A DNA stretch of 57,132 nt from Steroidobacteraceae bacterium (GTDB taxonomy: Bacteria; Pseudomonadota; Gammaproteobacteria; Steroidobacterales; Steroidobacteraceae), in NCBI GenBank assembly GCA_036497085.1, contig DASXKA010000187.1, positions 1 to 57,132 of the forward strand, written 5' to 3'. The translations under genes and the position numbers were made by a program. Numbering within the stretch: position 1 is the first letter of the stretch; every line of letters begins with the position of its first letter. The notes under the pieces were generated by a model, which saw nothing but the letters and a program-made list of their open reading frames with translations, was not told the DNA's origin and made no database searches. Shown one piece after another: positions 16,168 through 24,125 of the stretch.

Positions 16168-17727
16168 TCAGTTCGCAGAAGCGGCGAGCGCTTCGAAGTA
16201 CGCAACGAGCGCCTGCCGCTCGGCATCGGGGAGATTCAATCCGAGCGGCATGCGGTGTGCGCCCGCTTCGGGCGACAGCCGGAAGCGGATCTCGTCCTGC
16301 AGTGTGGTGCGGGGCGCGGAGCGGTCGCGCAGCCGCTGTGCGAGCAGTTTCGGATTCGAGAAGGGGATGAGCGGGGCGGCGCCGGTCTCGTGGCAGCCGA
16401 CGCACACCTGCAGCGCCGGCGGCGGCGCCGCTGAGCCGTCGCCGCTCGCCTGAGGCCGGTCACTCAGCGCGAGCGCCGCGGGGGAGGGAGCCACCGTGCC
16501 TGCGGTACTCCCGGCGCGCGCAAGCGCCGCCCGGCTGCGTCGCTTGAGGTAACTGCAGTAACGATCGCCGTCGGCCGGAGTCGCGGAGTAGCTCAGCGTC
16601 TCGAGCGCGCGGTCTCCCGGGGCGATGGCCGCCAGCAGTGAGGTCCGCAGCGGCAACGCAGCGGCAGGCGGCCGGGTGAAGTCGTAGGTGCCGCTCTCGA
16701 GAGCGAGCGTCCAGCTGCGCGTCGGAATACCGAGCGCCGACTCGGCCACGAAGCGCAGCGGCAGCAGGGTATCGGACCCGGCGGGGGCGGGTGCCGTAAC
16801 GCCCGAGGCAAGCCGCTGCGCCTTGAGCTGCGCCTCCCGGGCATTTCCGCCGGCCGTGTCGCGCGCGAAGCGCTCGAACGCCGCGCGCTGCGTGCGCCAG
16901 AGCGTTTCCGGATAGAAGTCGGCGAGCGGCGCGCAGCCGCCGTCGGCGACTCCGAGGAGCGCGTACCGATAGACTGCAAAGGCCGGCTGGTGCATGAGAC
17001 GCGCGGCGATCGCCTGAAACTGGAGGTTGCCGAGATCGGCCGAGAGCTCCGCGTTCGGCGGCTCACGCCGGACGGCCGCGTACTGAGCTCCCGCGCCCGG
17101 GCGGAAGGTGCGGGCGTCAGCGTAGCGGGCGACATCCAGCAGGTGGCGGTAGCGTGGGTGGCTCGGCTGTTGTGCGAGAAAGCGCTCGAGTCCCGCGCGC
17201 TCGGGTTCCGAGAGAGTGGCGCCGTAGCGCTCGCCGTAGGCACCTGGCCACAGCGGAAAGCTATCCCAGACCGGGTGCGGCGGATTCCCGTGGCAGCGCA
17301 TGCAACGCTCGGGGTTGGTTTCCGAAACCCGCACGGCGGCGGCGCCCGCCGGCCGGTCGGGGAACTCGAGTTCGCGCAGGCGGAACTCGCGGGCGACGAT
17401 GTCGAACTCCAGGGTCTCGAGCACGCGAAAGCCGCGCTGCGCTATGTCGCCGTTGAAGGTCAGAACGAAGCGCGCGTCCGGGCCGTAGAGGATGACGCGC
17501 GGATTGTCGAAACTCGCTGCCTGCAGGCTGCGGCTGTCGAACATCAGGGCGTAGTTGCGACGTTGCGCCTCGGGGAGCGCGACGAGCAGCTCCTCGACCG
17601 TGCCAACGTCGCCTGTCCGGATGAGGGCCTGCAGCGATTCGAACCCGAAGCTGTCGGCGTGCACGGCGGGAATAGCCAGCGCGAGCAGCAGCGGCAGGTA
17701 CGGTATGCGGCGCACGGTAGCGATCAT
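16168..17727 (-). CDS. exported di-haem c-type protein; C-terminal class-I cytochrome c domain, large unassigned N-domain
   Basis: ORF 16168..17769 trimmed to ATG 17727 (MIATVRRIPYLPLLLALAIPAVHA signal peptide). CMRCH is encoded at 17290-17304 and CVGCH at 16390-16404. The distal HRMPLG provides a Met ligand. Confidence 0.7.
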   Translation of the reverse strand: MIATVRRIPYLPLLLALAIPAVHADSFGFESLQALIRTGDVGTVEELLVALPEAQRRNYALMFDSRSLQAASFDNPRVILYGPDARFVLTFNGDIAQRGFRVLETLEFDIVAREFRLRELEFPDRPAGAAAVRVSETNPERCMRCHGNPPHPVWDSFPLWPGAYGERYGATLSEPERAGLERFLAQQPSHPRYRHLLDVARYADARTFRPGAGAQYAAVRREPPNAELSADLGNLQFQAIAARLMHQPAFAVYRYALLGVADGGCAPLADFYPETLWRTQRAAFERFARDTAGGNAREAQLKAQRLASGVTAPAPAGSDTLLPLRFVAESALGIPTRSWTLALESGTYDFTRPPAAALPLRTSLLAAIAPGDRALETLSYSATPADGDRYCSYLKRRSRAALARAGSTAGTVAPSPAALALSDRPQASGDGSAAPPPALQVCVGCHETGAAPLIPFSNPKLLAQRLRDRSAPRTTLQDEIRFRLSPEAGAHRMPLGLNLPDAERQALVAYFEALAASAN

Positions 17728-17797
17728 TCTGGCGACGGGGCGCAGCGCAGATGCCCCAGGATTCCCCATTAGTGTTCAGGGAGTCACGGTGCCGCGA

Positions 17798-17819
17798 TGT
17801 TACATCGTGTTACTTGACA
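17798..17819. promoter_or_regulatory. direct repeat TGTTAC-N4-TGTTAC abutting a TTGACA hexamer in the divergent promoter region
   Basis: Read directly: TGTTAC at 17798-17803 and 17808-17813 (10-bp phasing), TTGACA at 17814-17819. No convincing -10 box at 17+/-1 spacing. Confidence 0.25.
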
Positions 17820-17941
17820 AAGCGTGACCAGGGTCTCGACCACTACCCCCTGAAGGTGCTATTCGATCCCTTGTTTGACGGGCAGTTATCCGGCCCGCGT
17901 CGCGTGGGCCGGGCGTAACGGAACGCACCTCGGGATTGTCT

Positions 17942-19906
17942 ATGCTTGCAGTGGGTGAAATCGCACCCTCGGACATATTGCCGGCGGCCGGGGCGGCCGC
18001 TCGGTCATCGGCTGAACCCGCAGCCCGGACGGTCGTGGGTGCGCGCGGTTTCAAGCTCACGGGCATCACCGAGCGGCTGATCGCCCTGCAGTTTCTCGCA
18101 GTCGTGGTGCCGATCGCCTTCGTGCTGCTCGCACAGATGGTGGCGGACGCACGACGTGCGGCCGCGCTGGAAGCGTCGCGCCCGTTGCGCACGCTCGCCA
18201 ACGACGCACGCGCCGACTACCGCACCTTCACCAATGGTGCCGCCGATGCGGTCGATACCGGAACGCTCGGCCGGCAGTCGGCCGAGGCACTGAAGAGCGC
18301 TGCCGACCGGCTGCAGCGGCTGGCCGTCCGCGGTGGCGAGCCGGCGCTCGGCGATGCTGCCAGACAGGTGGGGGACCTCGCCGCCAGGATCGGCAATGGC
18401 GCGACACTCGACAAGCTGATGGGGCTGCGGGCGCAGATCGCCGAAGCCGACCGCGCGACGCGCACCATCGATGAGGACTTCGAGCGGCGCGATGCCGCGG
18501 CGACTCTGGATGCGGTCGACTCGGCGCGTGTGCAGAAGCGCGCCGTGACGGCGGCGTTGTTCATCAGCCTGATCCTGTCGGTGGTGTTCGTACTGGCGAC
18601 GCGGCTACGCCTCAAACGCCAGCTCGAGGCCGACGCCGCCATCGAGCGGCGCAGGAGGGCTGAGCTCGAGACCATCTCGATCCGCTTCGGCATGGCGACA
18701 CGCGCGGCACACGCCGGCGTATACGAAGTGCAGGAGGGCGACGGCAGCGTGTGGTGGAGCGACACGATGCACGAGCTCTACGGTCAGCCGCCGCAGGGCT
18801 TCCGTCCGACACTCGAGGGCTGGCTCGAGCTCATCTACCCGGCCGACCGCGCCGCCGCGGAAGCGGCCATGACCGGCGCGATGCGCGAGGGCCGCCCGCT
18901 GCATTCGCAGCACCGGGTCGCACGGGCCGACGGCAGCTTCCGTCATATCGAGTCGGTGGGCGCCGTAGTCGGCGACTCTGCCGATGGCACGGCGCGGGTG
19001 GTCGGCATCGACCTCGACGTCACCGAGCGGGTCGCAGCCGCATCACGCGAAGAGACGCTGCAGCATCAGCTGCGCGATGCATCGCGGCAGGCGGGCATGG
19101 CCGACGTGGCGACCAGCGTGCTGCACAACGTCGGCAATGTGCTCAACAGCGTCAACATCTCGGCCAACCTCGTGAGCGAAAGCCTGAAGCGCTCGCGCGT
19201 TCAAGGGCTCGAGCAGGTGGCGGCGCTCTTGAAGGAGCACGAGGGTGATCTCGGCGCCTTCGTGGCTCACGATCAGCGCGGCCGGGTGCTGCCGGTTTAC
19301 CTGGCGGAGCTCTCGCGGCACGTCAACGCGGACAACCAGGCCGCATTGCGCGAGCTCGACTCGCTGCGCAACAACATCGACCACATCAAGGACGTCGTGA
19401 CCACGCAGCAGCGCTACGCCAAACTGGGTGGTTTCGCCGAGCGCATCGACGTGCGCCACCTGGTCGATGAGAGCGTGCGCATCAACGGCCACGCGCTCGA
19501 GCGGCACGGCGTGAAACTCGAGCGCGAATTCGGCCAGGTCGCGGAGATCGTGGTCGACAAGCACAAGGTGCTGCAGATCGTGGTGAACCTGCTGCGCAAC
19601 GCGAAGGACGCCTGCCAGGAGTACACCGACCGGGAGAAGCTGGTCCGGATCCAAATCGAGAAGTGCGCGCTCGGTGTGCGCATCTCGGTCGCCGACAACG
19701 GCGCCGGCATCACCGCCGGGAACATGAGCCGCATCTTCACGCACGGCTTCACCACCAAGAAAGCGGGCCACGGATTCGGCCTGCACAGCGGCGCGCTGGC
19801 AGCCAAGGAGATGGGCGGAGTGCTGCGCGCCGAGAGTGCCGGTGCCGGGTGCGGGGCCACGTTCGTGCTGGAGCTACCCCTGAAGCCCCCCGAGAGATCC
19901 AGATGA
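17942..19906 (+). CDS. membrane sensor histidine kinase (2 TM + periplasmic domain, PAS, HK core)
   Basis: ATG 17942 (TTG 17936 also possible). TM segments LIALQFLAVVVPIAFVLLAQMV and AVTAALFISLILSVVFVLA. PAS (WWSDTMHELYG...). H-box ATSVLHNVGNVLNSV, N-box NLLRNAKDA, G-boxes DNGAGI and GHGFGLH. Confidence 0.85.
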   Translation: MLAVGEIAPSDILPAAGAAARSSAEPAARTVVGARGFKLTGITERLIALQFLAVVVPIAFVLLAQMVADARRAAALEASRPLRTLANDARADYRTFTNGAADAVDTGTLGRQSAEALKSAADRLQRLAVRGGEPALGDAARQVGDLAARIGNGATLDKLMGLRAQIAEADRATRTIDEDFERRDAAATLDAVDSARVQKRAVTAALFISLILSVVFVLATRLRLKRQLEADAAIERRRRAELETISIRFGMATRAAHAGVYEVQEGDGSVWWSDTMHELYGQPPQGFRPTLEGWLELIYPADRAAAEAAMTGAMREGRPLHSQHRVARADGSFRHIESVGAVVGDSADGTARVVGIDLDVTERVAAASREETLQHQLRDASRQAGMADVATSVLHNVGNVLNSVNISANLVSESLKRSRVQGLEQVAALLKEHEGDLGAFVAHDQRGRVLPVYLAELSRHVNADNQAALRELDSLRNNIDHIKDVVTTQQRYAKLGGFAERIDVRHLVDESVRINGHALERHGVKLEREFGQVAEIVVDKHKVLQIVVNLLRNAKDACQEYTDREKLVRIQIEKCALGVRISVADNGAGITAGNMSRIFTHGFTTKKAGHGFGLHSGALAAKEMGGVLRAESAGAGCGATFVLELPLKPPERSR

Positions 19907-21855
19907 GCAGCGCGACCTCACAGCTGCGGCGACGATTACTCGTCATCGACGACAACCCGGCCATCCACGAGGACTTCAAGAAGATTCTCCCCTCCGGCAC
20001 CGGCGCGCAGGACAGCTCCGCGCTGTTGGCGGCCGAGCTGCTGCTGCTCGGTGAACCGAAGGCGCTCGCACCACGGCCAACCTTCGAAATTGACACCGCG
20101 CTGCAGGGCCAGGCGGGCGTCGAGTGCGTCAAGCAGGCCCTGGCCGAGGGCCGGCCGTACGCGATGGCGTTCGTCGACATGCGCATGCCCCCGGGTTGGG
20201 ACGGGCTCGAGACGATCCAGCACCTGTGGGCGGTCGACCCGCACGTGCAGGTAGTCATCTGCTCCGCGCACAGCGACTACGACTGGACGGAGGTGGTGGC
20301 GCGACTCGATCACTCCGACAGGCTGCTGGTCGTCAAGAAGCCGTTCGAGGCGATCGAGGTGCTGCAGTGCGCCAACGCGCTCACCCGCAAGTGGGACAAC
20401 GAGCGCATCCTGCGCCAGCAGGTCGAGCAGCTCGGGGAGCTGGTTGAGGCGCGCACTCAGGGGCTCGAGGCCGCCAACAAGCAGTTGCGGCATCTCGCCA
20501 CCCACGATTCGCTCACGGGTCTGCCGAACCGGGTGCTGCTCGACGACCGCCTCACCCAGGCGGCAGTCCACGCCGAGCGCGACGGCCACTCCTTCGCCGT
20601 CGCAATGTTCGATCTCGACCGCTTCAAAGTCGTCAATGACTCCTTCGGTCACCGCGCCGGCGACCAGCTCATCAAGGAGGTGGCTCACCGCCTCCAGGGC
20701 GTCGCCCGCAGCACCGACACCGTGGCACGCCTCGGCGGTGACGAGTTCCTGTTCATCATGAACCGGCTCGCACAGCGTGACGACGCGGTGCAGATCGCGC
20801 GCCGCGCGGCCGAGGCGCTGGCGCAGCCGATCCGGATCGGTGACGTGGACATTCACGCCTCGGCGAGCATTGGCATCGCCATGTTTCCCGGCGACGGCAA
20901 GGGGATCGACACCCTGATGGCCAACGCCGACGCGGCCATGTACTGCGCCAAGCAGCGTGGCCGCAACAACATCCAGTGTTACGCCTCGGGCATGAATGCC
21001 ATCACCCAGGACAAGGTGAAGCTCGAGAGCGACCTGCATGCGGCACTTACGCTCAAGCAGCTCGAGCTGCACTTCCAGCCGAAGATCGAGACCCTGAGCG
21101 GCGCCATTCACGGCGCCGAGGCGCTGGTGCGCTGGCGGCACCCGGAGCGGGGGCTGGTTCCGCCGGGCGAGTTCATTCCGCTGGCGGAGGCCTGCGGCCT
21201 GATCGATAAGATCGGCGCGTGGGTGGTGAACGAGGCGTGCCGGCAGGCACGCGCCTGGCAGCTGCAGGGACTGCCGTCGCTGCGCGTGGCGGTGAACCTC
21301 TCGGCGCTGCAGTTCCGAAACGGCAACCTGCACCAGATGATAGCCGAGGCCCTGCGGGCCGCCGAGCTGGAGCCCCGTTTCCTCGAAGTAGAGATCACCG
21401 AGAGCGCGCTGATGAGCGATCCGGAGGAGTCGGTGAAGATCCTCGAGCAGCTCAGTCGCATGGGCGTCGTGGTGTCGGTCGATGACTTCGGCACCGGCTA
21501 CTCGAGCATGGCGTATCTGCGCCGCTTCCCGATCGACAAGCTGAAGATCGATCGCACCTTCATCGCCGAGCTCATCTCACGCGCCGACGACGCCTCGATC
21601 GTGCGCGCCATCGTGTCGCTGGCGCACAACCTGCGCCTCAAGGTGGTCGCCGAAGGCGTCGAGACCACGGAGCAGCTCGAGCTGCTGCGCTCGCTCGGCT
21701 GCGACCAGTATCAGGGCTTCTGTTTCAGCCCGGCGGTGCCGGCGCCGCAGTTCGCGGAGCTGCTGGTCGAGTCACGCAAGAAGGCGGAGGCCGAGACGGA
21801 CGCCATGGCCGAGCGCACTCACAGCAAGCTCTCCTTCTTTCGCCCGCGCGCCTAG
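19903..21855 (+). CDS. response regulator REC-GGDEF-EAL (c-di-GMP synthase/phosphodiesterase)
   Basis: ORF 19663..21855 trimmed to ATG 19903 (ATGA overlap with the kinase stop). REC LLVIDDN...FVDMRMP. I-site RSTD five residues before GGDEF. EAL blocks EALVRW, EVEITES, DDFGTGYSS, KIDRTF. Confidence 0.9.
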   Translation: MSSATSQLRRRLLVIDDNPAIHEDFKKILPSGTGAQDSSALLAAELLLLGEPKALAPRPTFEIDTALQGQAGVECVKQALAEGRPYAMAFVDMRMPPGWDGLETIQHLWAVDPHVQVVICSAHSDYDWTEVVARLDHSDRLLVVKKPFEAIEVLQCANALTRKWDNERILRQQVEQLGELVEARTQGLEAANKQLRHLATHDSLTGLPNRVLLDDRLTQAAVHAERDGHSFAVAMFDLDRFKVVNDSFGHRAGDQLIKEVAHRLQGVARSTDTVARLGGDEFLFIMNRLAQRDDAVQIARRAAEALAQPIRIGDVDIHASASIGIAMFPGDGKGIDTLMANADAAMYCAKQRGRNNIQCYASGMNAITQDKVKLESDLHAALTLKQLELHFQPKIETLSGAIHGAEALVRWRHPERGLVPPGEFIPLAEACGLIDKIGAWVVNEACRQARAWQLQGLPSLRVAVNLSALQFRNGNLHQMIAEALRAAELEPRFLEVEITESALMSDPEESVKILEQLSRMGVVVSVDDFGTGYSSMAYLRRFPIDKLKIDRTFIAELISRADDASIVRAIVSLAHNLRLKVVAEGVETTEQLELLRSLGCDQYQGFCFSPAVPAPQFAELLVESRKKAEAETDAMAERTHSKLSFFRPRA

Positions 21856-22856
21856 CGCCGACCCTGGTCGATTCCCGGGGAAGGTTGCGGGCGCCGCGCC
21901 CGCGGCACCACCTCGCTACCCGGGACCTTCGGCTCATCGTCCACCATCTGCGGCGGGAAGCCCTCGCCAAGCACCCGCACGCCGCAGGCCTCCTCGAGGC
22001 GGCGGATGATGTTGGGCGAGTGCTCGCGCGGACCGTAACGGCGCACGCCGTCCTCGAACAGGCCGAGCACCAGCGGTGAGAGCTCGAGCGGCACCCGATG
22101 GGCGCGCGCCAGAGCGTCGAACAGGCCCACGTCCTTCACCACGAGGTCCATGGTGAAGTTGATATCGCGGCTGCCGTTCAGGATCACCTGCGATTCGGTC
22201 TCGTGCACGAAGGAGTTGCCGGAAGAGATGCGGATGCCCTCGTAAGTCATGTTGAGATCGAGGCCCGCCACCCTGGCCACGGTGAGCGCCTCGGCGAGCG
22301 CCGCCAGGTGCACCGTGCTCAGGTAGTTGGTGATCACCTTCAGGACCGAGGCGGAGCCCACCGGACCGGTGTGCAGAATCCGCCGACCGACGATGGCGAG
22401 CACCGGGAGGACACGTTCGAACGCCGCGCGGCTGCCGCCGGCGAAGATCGAGATGTTGCCGGTAGCAGCACGATGGCAGCCGCCGGAGACCGGGCAGTCC
22501 ATCGCGGTCGCCCCGAGGGCCTCGACGCGCGCGGCGAGCCGCCGCACCTCGGCGGCGTCCGTGGTGCTCATCTCCAGCCAGATCTTCCCCGGCGCCAGGC
22601 CCGCGAGTACGCCGTCCGGCGCCTCCATCACCGCGGCGCATACGGCCGGGGAAGGCAGGCAGGTAATGACGAGATCGACGCGCCCGGCGAGCTCGCGCGG
22701 CGAGGCGGCGGCCCGCGCACCGCGCGCCACCAGCGCTGCTACGCGCCTGGGATCGAGGTCCCGCACCGTGAGATTCACGCCGTGGCGCAGCAGGTTCTGG
22801 GCCAGCTGCCCGCCGACGTTGCCGAGGCCGATGAAACCGAGAGCGAGGTCAGTCAT
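21852..22856 (-). CDS. NAD(P)-dependent beta-hydroxyacid dehydrogenase (3-hydroxyisobutyrate dehydrogenase family)
   Basis: ORF 21852..23060 trimmed to ATG 22856. GFIGLGNVGGQLAQNL Rossmann motif, DCPVSGG, VLKVITNY blocks. Confidence 0.8.
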   Translation of the reverse strand: MTDLALGFIGLGNVGGQLAQNLLRHGVNLTVRDLDPRRVAALVARGARAAASPRELAGRVDLVITCLPSPAVCAAVMEAPDGVLAGLAPGKIWLEMSTTDAAEVRRLAARVEALGATAMDCPVSGGCHRAATGNISIFAGGSRAAFERVLPVLAIVGRRILHTGPVGSASVLKVITNYLSTVHLAALAEALTVARVAGLDLNMTYEGIRISSGNSFVHETESQVILNGSRDINFTMDLVVKDVGLFDALARAHRVPLELSPLVLGLFEDGVRRYGPREHSPNIIRRLEEACGVRVLGEGFPPQMVDDEPKVPGSEVVPRARRPQPSPGIDQGRR

Positions 22857-22920
22857 CGGGGTAAGATACCTCACGCTCATCGCCTTCCGATCACCGGCAA
22901 GTAAAAGAAGGAGCACCGCC

Positions 22921-23466
22921 ATGTCCTGGAGGCTCACTCTGACCACGGTACTTCTGGCCATCTTTGCGGCGGGCACCGCCTCGAGCGGCGCGCAGTCGCC
23001 GCCCGCGGCGCCTGCGCCGTATGCGCTCGACAACGTTCCGGACAAGATGCCTTTCGACATTCCCTACGGGACGCCGATCGCGCTCGAGCGCGCCATGGTC
23101 GCCATCGCCGCCACCGCCGCCGAAGCCCGCAGGCACGACTGGAAGCTCTGCATCGCGGTGGTCGACTCGGGCGGCAACCTGGTGGCTTTTCAGCGCATGG
23201 ACGGAGCGCAGCTCGCCTCGGTACAGATCTCCGAGCACAAGGCGCGCGCGTCGGCCACGTTCCGCCGCGAGACCAGGGTATTCGAGACGGGTATTCAGCA
23301 GAGCGGCTACAACTACGTCCTGACTCTCGACGGCATGATCGGCTCGCGCGGCGGCATCCCGCTGGTCGAGGGCGGCAAGCTCATCGGCGCCATCGGTTGC
23401 TCCGGCGGCACGGGCTCGCAGGACGAGGTCGCCTGCAAGGCGGGCGTCGCCGCCATCACCAAGTGA
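22921..23466 (+). CDS. exported GlcG/HbpS-like (DUF336) haem-binding-family protein
   Basis: ORF 22327..23466 trimmed to ATG 22921 (signal peptide MSWRLTLTTVLLAIFAAGTASSGA). VVDSGGNLVAFQRMDGA, SRGGIPL..GGKLIGAIGCSGGTGSQDE blocks. Confidence 0.8.
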   Translation: MSWRLTLTTVLLAIFAAGTASSGAQSPPAAPAPYALDNVPDKMPFDIPYGTPIALERAMVAIAATAAEARRHDWKLCIAVVDSGGNLVAFQRMDGAQLASVQISEHKARASATFRRETRVFETGIQQSGYNYVLTLDGMIGSRGGIPLVEGGKLIGAIGCSGGTGSQDEVACKAGVAAITK

Positions 23467-23473
23467 GGGACCT

Positions 23474-23851
23474 ATGCAACAAGCCGTGCACAAGTATCTG
23501 GCGGCGCTCGAGGCGGGCGATGCCGAGCGCGCCGCAGCCCTGTTCGTTCCCGAGGGTTGGGTGCAGTCACCTTTCCTCGGCAAGCTTCCGGTGCGGGCCT
23601 TCGTGGCGAAGGTGGCGAGCGCCTCGCAGGGCTCCAGGCTCACCGTGCACGACGTGCTGGTGAGCGCCGAGGGACATCTGCGGGCGGTCGCCTACTATCT
23701 CTACGACTGGACGCTCAAGGACGGCTCGCACGTCGCCTTCGACTGCGCCGACGTGTTCAACTTCGATAGTGCGACCGGCAAGATCGAGTCGATCGTGCTG
23801 GTCTACGACACGCAGCCGGTGCGCGGCGTGATCGAGAACAGATATCCCTGA
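23474..23851 (+). CDS. SnoaL-like / NTF2-fold protein
   Basis: 125 aa. N-terminal YLAALEAGDAERAAALF pattern and overall size and alternation are typical of SnoaL/NTF2-like proteins. Confidence 0.65.
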   Translation: MQQAVHKYLAALEAGDAERAAALFVPEGWVQSPFLGKLPVRAFVAKVASASQGSRLTVHDVLVSAEGHLRAVAYYLYDWTLKDGSHVAFDCADVFNFDSATGKIESIVLVYDTQPVRGVIENRYP

Positions 23852-23971
23852 CGCGACGGCGCTCGCGCTCATCGCCTGCGCGGCCGTCGCCACCGGCCGC
23901 GCGGTGCCGGGGCCGAGCTGCTGCACGATGCCGCCTGCGGGGTCCTGGTCCCGGGCAGACTGAACCGACTG

Positions 23972-24002
23972 CGCAGTTCTGCTTATGGTTAAGAGAACTG
24001 CG
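23972..24002 (+). other. hairpin-capable inverted repeat CGCAGTTCT-N13-AGAACTGCG
   Basis: Read directly: 9-bp perfect arms and an AT-rich 13-nt loop, with no U-tract. Lies between the SnoaL gene and the GGDEF-EAL gene. Confidence 0.35.
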
Positions 24003-24057
24003 TCACGCGGGGGTATTCTCTCCTAGCACCGGCGGCAATTTAGCCTCAAATTTACCT

Positions 24058-24096
24058 CCGGGCGGCCGACTCTTCGACAGAGGCAGGCCGCCTCGG
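24058..24096 (+). other. GC-rich two-tier hairpin in the 5' leader of the PAS-GGDEF-EAL gene
   Basis: Read directly: CCGGGCGGCC pairs with GGCCGCC(U)CGG (10 bp, one bulge). An inner CUCU/AGAG stem has a 5-nt loop. Ends 30 nt before GTG 24126. Confidence 0.35.
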
Positions 24097-24125
24097 CTCG
24101 GGCACCTTTCGCCACCAAGACGGCC

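Noticed and set aside
24001-24125. Possible c-di-GMP (GEMM-I) riboswitch upstream of a GGDEF-EAL gene. The string GGCAAUUUAGCCUC...CCUCCGGGC vaguely recalls the Vc2 segments ACGCAAAGCCUCCGGCC.
   Set aside because: The conserved GNRA tetraloop/receptor pair and the ACGCAAAGC core are not present, and the hairpin geometry differs. I treat the resemblance as coincidental until an Infernal scan says otherwise.
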